Shown piece by piece: positions 57,709 to 64,000 of a stretch of 64,000 bases of DNA. The position numbers and the translations under genes were made by a program. This DNA comes from Candidatus Levyibacteriota bacterium. Its GTDB lineage: Bacteria > Patescibacteriota > Microgenomatia > Levybacterales > UBA12049. Position 1 is the first letter of the stretch, and each line of letters opens with the position of its first letter. The stretch spans positions 5,416-69,415 of the forward strand of contig JACROF010000002.1 in NCBI GenBank assembly GCA_016214555.1, in the 5' to 3' direction. Below the pieces are notes generated by a model, which made no database searches, was not told the origin of the DNA, and saw only the letters and a list, made by a program, of their open reading frames with translations.

Positions 57709-58158
57709 ATGCTTGAATTATTACTTGTTTTCGTAGGTATATTTAACGCCGCAACCTTCCCCATAGCGTTGAGAAAGTGTATGAGTAAAAATACAATACT
57801 CTCCAAGCCTTTTATATTGTGCGAATTATTTGGTTCTTTTGTCTGGGCAGATCAAGTGCTTTTTTCGTTGTTTTGGGTCTTTGTTTCAGTTGTTACACTT
57901 CTCATGCACGATTTTCTGCTTTTTTTCCTCATCTTTTCCCTTTTTTGGGTAGTTCGAAGTTCTGGTGAGGTGATGTATTGGTTTATGCAACAATTTCATC
58001 CACGACCTGGCAACGAGCCCCACCTCTTTTGGGCAAACCAATATATTCCAGGGGAGGCTGTTTGGTTTGTTCATCAAATCTTTTGGCAGTGTGTTCTCAC
58101 ACTGACAATTATTTCTACCCTTTATCTTGCGTACAAATGGCTCCCAACACTTCAATAG
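57709..58158 (+). CDS. Hypothetical membrane protein
   Basis: 149 aa, aromatic-rich TM helices, TATAAT 6 nt before ATG. Confidence 0.72.
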   Translation: MLELLLVFVGIFNAATFPIALRKCMSKNTILSKPFILCELFGSFVWADQVLFSLFWVFVSVVTLLMHDFLLFFLIFSLFWVVRSSGEVMYWFMQQFHPRPGNEPHLFWANQYIPGEAVWFVHQIFWQCVLTLTIISTLYLAYKWLPTLQ

Positions 58159-58237
58159 TCCTCTTACATTCGTCTTACACTGTCATTAATTCGCTCTTAA
58201 GCTGATGTAGGAATATAACTACAGAAAGGAGGTATAC

Positions 58238-58432
58238 GTGGCAACTGTAATTCACGAACATACACGCGATGAAGGTGGATCTTCAGGAGTCCTTCTCGCA
58301 TTAATCATATTGCTAGTAATGGCATTTATCTTTATATTTTATGGCTTGCCTGCAGTGAGGTCTTCTATTGGAGCCCCACAGGTAAATGTACCCGACAAGA
58401 TCGATGTTAATTTGAACTCCCCTCAAAAGTAA
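58238..58432 (+). CDS. Small single-TM protein
   Basis: AAAGGAGG SD, TM helix, C-term VNVPDKIDVN; CGCTCTTA at 58192-58199 upstream. Confidence 0.75.
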   Translation: MATVIHEHTRDEGGSSGVLLALIILLVMAFIFIFYGLPAVRSSIGAPQVNVPDKIDVNLNSPQK

Positions 58433-58462
58433 ATAAATTGGAGAGAGAAAGGAGGTGAAAAT

Positions 58463-58714
58463 ATGGATATTTTAGTTTGGATAGTTTTTGGTGCATTAGC
58501 TGGTTGGATTGCATCAGTGGTTATGAAAACAGATGCGCAGCAAGGCGCTTTGATGAATGTCATCTTAGGTGTCATTGGAGCATTCGTTGGTGGGCTAATT
58601 TTCAATTTCTTTGGTGCTGCAGGAGTTACAGGATTCAACCTGTATAGCATCTTAGTGGCAGTAGTCGGTGCGGCCATTCTTATTTTGGCTGCCAGGATGA
58701 TCCATGTCGCTTAA
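58463..58714 (+). CDS. GlsB/YeaQ/YmgE (transglycosylase-associated) membrane protein
   Basis: WIVFGALAGWIA, NVILGVIGAFVGG, VAVVGA; AAAGGAGGTG SD. Confidence 0.92.
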   Translation: MDILVWIVFGALAGWIASVVMKTDAQQGALMNVILGVIGAFVGGLIFNFFGAAGVTGFNLYSILVAVVGAAILILAARMIHVA

Positions 58715-58733
58715 AACTATTCTGTATTGCAAT

Positions 58734-58764
58734 AAAGCAGACTGTCCTAAGGGTAGTCTGCTTT
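58734..58764. terminator. Bidirectional terminator hairpin between convergent genes
   Basis: AAAGCAGACTGTCC/GGGTAGTCTGCTTT. Confidence 0.7.
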
Positions 58765-58768
58765 GGTA

Positions 58769-60037
58769 TTAGCTACTACTTCTGGCAAGCTTTGTCCGCT
58801 CATACGTATCAGCCATCCAGCCATTTGGTGTCGTAGTAAGTTTAGCAGCATTTGCCAAAAAACCATTACGGATAGTGTGATCTCCAAATCGTTCATTGAG
58901 AGCATCTACCACTTTTATGACCTTTTCTTTTTTTCTTTCCTGCAGAAAAAGGGGGAGAGGCAGGCGCGAGGAGTCTTCAAGGTAAGATGCCCAAACGCTT
59001 ATTCGTCTTACATATCCAACAGGAAGTCCGTCATATTTTTGCTTGAGTACTTCCATGCCGTACCCAAAGAGTTTAGGCCCAGTGTCGACATATTCCTGCT
59101 TAGTAATATGTCCATGCGCTTCGTATGCTCCATAAAGAGCAAGACCAGCACCTCTGGCTTTTTTATTGAGTCTTCGAAGCTTGATGCCTACTTCTTCATA
59201 AAGTTCGTATATGTTTTGTAAAACAATTCTTTGATTGTGTTCGTTTTGAGGAAGGCAGTATTGTCTGCCAATTGATTTGACAGGAGGTTCTTCTGTGTAG
59301 GAAAGTACAGGACGTGTATCAATACCTTTTCCTACATTATAAAGAAAATGCCCTTCTATATTGCCAAATTCAGCCATCAAAAAAGAAAGGGGAGTTTTGT
59401 GCAGCTGGGCAAGAGTATAAATCCCCATAGCATTAAGTCTCTCTTCAATGCGAGGTCCGATCCCACAGATATCCTGTAACTTAGCGATAGCATAGACACT
59501 CTGGACTTGATGAGGCCTGATCATGGTAACGCCATTTGGTTTTTTAAGGTCAGAGCCAAGCTTTGCAAGAAGCTTATTATGTGATACTCCTATAGAGACA
59601 GTGATATACTCTCCAATTTCTTTTCTAATTCGCGTTTTTATTTTTTCAATAAGACCCTCAACACCCCCAAAAAGATGCGCTGTTGTCGTAGCGTCTAAGA
59701 AAATCTCATCGAGTGAAAAAACTTCCAGAAAAGGAGAAAAGTCTTTTCCAATAGCTATAAATTTTTTACTTATCTCCCAATATTTCCAAAAATCAGCAGG
59801 GACGAGTTGTATCTGAGGACAAAGACGAAGCGCATCATAAGTCCTACATCCTGTTTTGATACCTAATTTTTTTGCTTCTCTACTTGAGGCGATAATACAA
59901 CTTCGCCCATTGGTAGCAGTAACACCAATTGGTTTATTGCGAAGAAGAGGGTTGCATTGCTGCTCAACACTTGCAAAAAATGAATCAAAATCGATATGAA
60001 GAATGATGCGTTTGGTATTAGGCAGGACTCTCTCCAT
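58769..60037 (-). CDS. dinB: Y-family DNA polymerase IV (start likely ATG 60037)
   Basis: LHIDFDSFFASVEQ, ASSREAK..G, SLDE.FLD, NKLLAKLGS..KPNG, GIG. Confidence 0.93.
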   Translation of the reverse strand: MERVLPNTKRIILHIDFDSFFASVEQQCNPLLRNKPIGVTATNGRSCIIASSREAKKLGIKTGCRTYDALRLCPQIQLVPADFWKYWEISKKFIAIGKDFSPFLEVFSLDEIFLDATTTAHLFGGVEGLIEKIKTRIRKEIGEYITVSIGVSHNKLLAKLGSDLKKPNGVTMIRPHQVQSVYAIAKLQDICGIGPRIEERLNAMGIYTLAQLHKTPLSFLMAEFGNIEGHFLYNVGKGIDTRPVLSYTEEPPVKSIGRQYCLPQNEHNQRIVLQNIYELYEEVGIKLRRLNKKARGAGLALYGAYEAHGHITKQEYVDTGPKLFGYGMEVLKQKYDGLPVGYVRRISVWASYLEDSSRLPLPLFLQERKKEKVIKVVDALNERFGDHTIRNGFLANAAKLTTTPNGWMADTYERTKLARSSS

Positions 60038-60269
60038 CGGAGGCCTCCTCAACTTTCCAGCTTAGCGTATTCGTATTAAGATTTAGGCGAAGGTACATAC
60101 TGTCAGCAACAACGCTGAAGATATGATGCAGAGTGTTACCATGTGCAAGAGTGTGGTGGTTACCAATTTGCGTAATTGTATAAATTCTTCCTCTCCACTT
60201 AATACGCCAGGGAAATGTTTTTCCATTGATTGCATCATAGACAGTAATAACACTTGCTTTTTCCTCCAT
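60018..60269 (-). CDS. Small beta-rich ORF in lexA-dinB cassette
   Basis: 83 aa, P..I.W.GR.Y.I...FSV......L.......W; overlaps dinB start. Confidence 0.8.
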   Translation of the reverse strand: MEEKASVITVYDAINGKTFPWRIKWRGRIYTITQIGNHHTLAHGNTLHHIFSVVADSMYLRLNLNTNTLSWKVEEASDGESPA

Positions 60270-60299
60270 TAGTAATAACTCTCATGAGAGTAAGTCAAT

Positions 60300-60869
60300 T
60301 TAGTGATATTTTCGTATCACACTGGCAACAACTCCGCCTATTGAGAGACTCTCGCGAGGCTCGATAATAGGATAAGAATTATTGGCAGGAATGAGATAAA
60401 CTCTATTATTTTTTTGTTGAAAGTATTTAACGGTCCATTCTCCATCGACAAGAGCTGCAACAATATCACCATTGCGGGGATGATGGTCTTTAGCAACAAT
60501 AACGATGTCGCCATCATGGATACCTTCCTCTATCATCGAATCACCATGGACGGTGAGTGAAAAAATGTCTCCTGGGATATCCAAAAGGTATTCATAAAAA
60601 TCAATACTATCTCCAAGAGATGACTCAGCAGGTGAGGGGTAGCCTGCCTTAATGATGCCAAGATGGGGGATATGAAACAGTTTCTTGGGAAGGAGTTTAC
60701 CCTTGTCATCCTTCTCAAGAATTTCTGCTTCAATGAGTTTGTTCACCAGATATACAGCTGCATTTTTTGAAGAGTAGCCAAAAAGCGTACATATCTCCTG
60801 ATATGAAGGGAGTCTTTTTTGCTGTTTATAAAACTTTCGTAATAATGAAACTGCCTTTTCAATGGTCAT
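60300..60869 (-). CDS. lexA: LexA/UmuD-family S24 repressor (copy 2; start ATG 60869)
   Basis: wHTH LPSYQEI..LFGYSSKNA, KAGYP cleavage site, VHGDSM, WTVK. Confidence 0.88.
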   Translation of the reverse strand: MTIEKAVSLLRKFYKQQKRLPSYQEICTLFGYSSKNAAVYLVNKLIEAEILEKDDKGKLLPKKLFHIPHLGIIKAGYPSPAESSLGDSIDFYEYLLDIPGDIFSLTVHGDSMIEEGIHDGDIVIVAKDHHPRNGDIVAALVDGEWTVKYFQQKNNRVYLIPANNSYPIIEPRESLSIGGVVASVIRKYH

Positions 60870-60874
60870 ATGCT

Positions 60875-60919
60875 GAACAAACGTACAATAACTATACTTG
60901 TACAAACGTTCAACGTCAA
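60875..60919 (-). promoter_or_regulatory. Promoter TTGACG-17-TATAGT with two SOS-box-like operators
   Basis: GAACAAACGTAC at 60875-60886 and GTACAAACGTTC at 60900-60911; -35 at 60914-60919, -10 at 60891-60896. Confidence 0.85.
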
Positions 60920-60940
60920 GATGACAAACTAGATCAAATG

Positions 60941-61810
60941 CTATAACCCAAAGGAAGAGAGGGGGAGGTTTCCAACGTGATTTCGATGGAGATCTAGAAT
61001 AAATGATCGACACTGGGTAAAACCAGGTTTGGTTGAGAATGCAGCAGCAAAACCTAACTTTTTAAGGACTGAAAAGGTGGTCGTACTTGATGAGCCATAA
61101 GGATAAGTAAAGATAGGAGAGTCAGAACCTGTCTCCTCAGCCAGGGTATCCTGAGCAGAGGTGATTTGCCTCTCAATAGCTTCAGGAGTAGCATTTCCTA
61201 CATCGACATGATCAACGGTATGATTATAGAGTTTTACCAAAGAATTTTTGCTCATCTCAATAAGTTGATCCCACGACATGTAATCCTTTCTCCCAATAAG
61301 TCCAGTTGAGATCATGAAATTGCCTTTAATATTGTACTTTTTTAAAATTGGATAAGCATATAGATAATTATCTTCATATCCGTCATCAAAAGTGACAACA
61401 ATACTCTTTGAAGGTAGTTCTTCACGATTAAGAAGGGCATGAACTAATTGATCAGCTGTTAAAGAAACATACCCTTGTGATGATAAATAATTCATGTGCA
61501 TATCAAAGTATTCAACACCAACTGAAAGCGTATCTTGTTGTTTTTCTGATGACAAATAAAGAGGCTGTACGTGATGATACAAAATAACAGGAACAGTAAT
61601 GCAGTAGTCTTCATTTGCGATATCAGCTTGAACTTTCTTGATCAAGGTAGGCACTTTTTTTTGAGGATTTATAGATGATATTGAGGAAGTGGTTATGTTA
61701 CCTGAGGAAAAATGAAAAGGAGATGTAAGAAGAGAAAGAAAAAGGATTAAGAACAGAACGGCGATAAAGTTTTGCTTAAGGCCCAACATCTGAGGTTTTT
61801 TCGTTTTCAT
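60941..61810 (-). CDS. Polysaccharide deacetylase (CE4/NodB)
   Basis: VPVILYHHV, VTFDDGY, NHT.DH, YPYG; N-terminal TM. Confidence 0.92.
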   Translation of the reverse strand: MKTKKPQMLGLKQNFIAVLFLILFLSLLTSPFHFSSGNITTSSISSINPQKKVPTLIKKVQADIANEDYCITVPVILYHHVQPLYLSSEKQQDTLSVGVEYFDMHMNYLSSQGYVSLTADQLVHALLNREELPSKSIVVTFDDGYEDNYLYAYPILKKYNIKGNFMISTGLIGRKDYMSWDQLIEMSKNSLVKLYNHTVDHVDVGNATPEAIERQITSAQDTLAEETGSDSPIFTYPYGSSSTTTFSVLKKLGFAAAFSTKPGFTQCRSFILDLHRNHVGNLPLSSFGL

Positions 61811-61847
61811 GTGCAAAATATAGTAGAGATACGTATAAAATGCAAGC

Positions 61848-61876
61848 AAAAAAAAGGGGCATCATTATGATGCCCC
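61848..61876 (-). terminator. Intrinsic terminator overlapping stop of 61865..62344
   Basis: GGGGCATCAT/ATGATGCCCC stem plus T8. Confidence 0.82.
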
Positions 61877-62344
61877 AGGGTCTGTGATAGAAAGATCTTT
61901 AGCTTGAGAAGTACTGTTGGTTTTTTTGAGCATGTTTTCTCTTTGAGCAACCAGTGCATCATAGAGAACTGCGCAGTACTCACAGTTGGCAAGGTGGTGG
62001 AGGTCAAATACCGTGTCAAAGTTAACTACTGAATGTAGTACAACAATTGGAATGCACGGATCGTTTGCCTTCCTGAGTTCAAGTACCTGCATGAGATAAT
62101 TGACAGCGACAGGATATGCCCAGTGATGGTCAAGTCTTTGCCAAAGCTCTGGGTCGTGCTCATTCATCCAGGCATCCAATGGGCCAAAAAAGAGATTCCA
62201 GTCTGTTGCATAGACCTTGAGCTCAAAGTCATCCATGCTATGGATGAGTCTAATAAAGGCCAAAAGATCATCCTCGCTTGCGTGGCTTGACTTCTTTCCA
62301 AACCTGGGATGTTCTGTAATGGAACTTATCTTTGCTCCCATCAT
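61865..62344 (-). CDS. Hypothetical protein
   Basis: AAGGAGG SD, boxA-like GATCATTAACAA at 62352-62363, promoter TTGCTA-17-TATAAT; HH..CxxC near C-terminus. Confidence 0.78.
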   Translation of the reverse strand: MMGAKISSITEHPRFGKKSSHASEDDLLAFIRLIHSMDDFELKVYATDWNLFFGPLDAWMNEHDPELWQRLDHHWAYPVAVNYLMQVLELRKANDPCIPIVVLHSVVNFDTVFDLHHLANCEYCAVLYDALVAQRENMLKKTNSTSQAKDLSITDPGAS

Positions 62345-62417
62345 TTCCTCCTTGTTAATGATCTAAATCCTATAGTGCATTATAGTTTAACACGTTCTAT
62401 TTAGCAAATTTTTGGTC

Positions 62418-62448
62418 AAAAAAAGAGCCTTGGAGTGTTCCAAGGCTC
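62418..62448 (-). terminator. Intrinsic terminator
   Basis: GAGCCTTGGA/TCCAAGGCTC stem plus T7. Confidence 0.88.
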
Positions 62449-62456
62449 GAGGAATC

Positions 62457-62813
62457 CTAGTGTCCTATCGGACTAATGATGATTGCGTCAAACGCTTCAA
62501 GACTTTCGGAGTCGCCACGCCATCGCACATACTTCCCAGAGTAATTCATGGGAAAGACTCTGACTGCGTACTCCTTGGCTATCTTGACTAGCTCATCCCA
62601 CAAAGGATGACCAGGGGTGATTTTTGCTGCAGCACCATTAACAAAGAGTATCTGAAACTTTCTTGTTTGGTCCTCTGACAGCCACCTTCGAAAGTTTTCA
62701 GATTGAAGCACTTTGAGAGCTCCAGTCATACACCAAACATGCCATTGGCCATCAACAGCCCCTTTTTCAGGGACAATAAGGCCCTCTTGGTATACTCTTG
62801 ATCCTGGAAACAT
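62457..62813 (-). CDS. Hypothetical protein
   Basis: 118 aa, TAAGGAGG SD; second gene of a two-gene unit. Confidence 0.75.
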   Translation of the reverse strand: MFPGSRVYQEGLIVPEKGAVDGQWHVWCMTGALKVLQSENFRRWLSEDQTRKFQILFVNGAAAKITPGHPLWDELVKIAKEYAVRVFPMNYSGKYVRWRGDSESLEAFDAIIISPIGH

Positions 62814-62831
62814 AGTGCCTCCTTATAGTGT

Positions 62832-63314
62832 CTAAGCGAGAAGCGCTTGCTCCCGCATCAACCGGCCCAACTCAGAGGTTTGGTAATGAGTCTTTAGCTC
62901 ACCATCATAGGACTCAAGCTCCAAACGAATGCCAGCGATAGTGCTTGCACGCTGAAGATGATCTTTAATCTCGCTTTCGATCAGGAGAATGCCATCTTGC
63001 ATTTCTTGAAGAATGTCAGCTAGATTCAGATCATCAAGGTCTTCATCGATGCTTCCGTAAAAGACAAGGCTACCTCCTTTTACAAGCTGGCAGTACCATT
63101 TGAGAGGTGAGCTTTTTGCCCTACCGTCTACCACTTGATCGAAAATGGTGAGATCAAGTTCATCTGGATCTCTTTTACGAAGAAAAAGCGTGCCAGTTAC
63201 TCCATCAAATTCTGAAAGCATATGTCGAAATGGGGTAAGGCCAATAAAAAGGCCTGAGATAGAGCCCGTATCAACGACTTTTGGCGCAGAAACTGCAAAA
63301 ATCCTCTTTGCCAT
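62832..63314 (-). CDS. Hypothetical protein (start likely ATG 63314)
   Basis: GGAGGAG SD, boxA-like GCACTTTTACAT at 63335-63346, promoter TTGTCA-18-TATAGT. Confidence 0.75.
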   Translation of the reverse strand: MAKRIFAVSAPKVVDTGSISGLFIGLTPFRHMLSEFDGVTGTLFLRKRDPDELDLTIFDQVVDGRAKSSPLKWYCQLVKGGSLVFYGSIDEDLDDLNLADILQEMQDGILLIESEIKDHLQRASTIAGIRLELESYDGELKTHYQTSELGRLMREQALLA

Positions 63315-63418
63315 CTCAGTCTCCTCCACAACTTATGTAAAAGTGCAAGATTTCCTTTTTGAAGTGTACCAAAAGCACTGAAAATATTCAACTATAGGAC
63401 AATATTTGGTGGTTTGAC

Positions 63419-63452
63419 AAAAAAAAGCGGAGAAGTATTACTACCTCTCCGC
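63419..63452 (-). terminator. Intrinsic terminator
   Basis: GCGGAGA/TCTCCGC stem plus T8. Confidence 0.82.
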
Positions 63453-63462
63453 ATCATCATTA

Positions 63463-64000
63463 CTAGTTGGATCTGCTAGATGGTGCGTTCGGTCTGCTGA
63501 CCGACTCGACACCGATATAACCTTCTCTTAGTGCAATTCGTGAAATAACGAAGTCTCCGTTGGGGATTCGCCCTCGAAAGCTTCGCCCAATTACTTCTGT
63601 TGGAAGGTACAGCCTTTGATCAGGAGAGATGCGGTCGCTGTAATGAACCGGTGCTCCCATTCTTAGATCTGGACCGCTGACGATGACCCAGTGGTCAACA
63701 TCAACAAGTGCGTCTACGTCTGGAACTTCGCCTGTGTGACAGTCCAAAGCAGGCAGCCTCAGACCAGGCTCAGACTCAAGTGGTGTATACCACATAAGAA
63801 GAGGTGCTGCCTGTTTTGCCTCTCTGTTGTCAAAACAGCAAAGCGCTATGCTCCATCCAGGAAAACGAGTCGTGTAAAAATTGACCAAATCACGAGAGAT
63901 TGATGGACGTTTGTGTGCAGGTACGCTCAAAAGCGCACTGGGAATCAATGTCGGATCTTCTGTTAACACAACCGTGTAAATGTCATGTTCAAAAACATGA
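63463..64000 (-). CDS. Hypothetical protein, 5' end outside window
   Basis: Frame open to the window edge (...HVFEHDIYTVVLTEDP...ALCCFD...PALDCHTG.VPD...VDHW). Confidence 0.75.
   Translation of the reverse strand, partial: HVFEHDIYTVVLTEDPTLIPSALLSVPAHKRPSISRDLVNFYTTRFPGWSIALCCFDNREAKQAAPLLMWYTPLESEPGLRLPALDCHTGEVPDVDALVDVDHWVIVSGPDLRMGAPVHYSDRISPDQRLYLPTEVIGRSFRGRIPNGDFVISRIALREGYIGVESVSRPNAPSSRSN

Noticed and set aside
62381-62400. SOS box upstream of ORF 61865..62344 (GAACGTGTTAAA on minus strand)
   Set aside because: Only one half-site matches GAAC-N4-GTWC.
1-64000. Alternative genetic code (UGA=Gly, as in Gracilibacteria/Absconditabacteria)
   Set aside because: Conserved genes are full length under code 11, and TGA terminates murT, yraN and the HAD gene.

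Overview
Gene-dense, low-GC (roughly 35-40% by eye) bacterial chromosome segment, standard genetic code. Gene content and style (MurT/GatD, short HolA, UvrC lacking its HhH tail, DUF2130, PGI/PMI, tRNA-Arg(UCG), many orphans) suggest a Patescibacteria/CPR genome, probably Microgenomates-like; this is inference. It holds housekeeping genes (uvrA/B/C, polX, pyrG, purM, rplS, pyk, pckA, ppsA, eno, acs, rnhB, secG), six tRNAs, two LexA-family genes (one heading a lexA-ORF-dinB cassette with two GAAC-N4-GTAC operators) and small orphan clusters. No integrase, transposase, CRISPR array or rRNA was seen. The strongest unexplained signal is a two-tier expression grammar. Many core genes look leaderless (a -10 hexamer 6-7 nt before ATG, no SD). 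At least 8 accessory units instead have promoter, a boxA-like 12-mer (G-N-N-Y-W-T-T-N-A-N-A), often a hairpin, a strong SD, the ORF and its own intrinsic terminator. Also notable: a fatty acid desaturase, an ATP-cone/Mrr-nuclease fusion, a flippase-like/DUF2079 fusion, 7-nt-periodic inverted repeats beside tRNAs and a duplicated tRNA-Lys 3' end. All calls are by eye, with no database searches.
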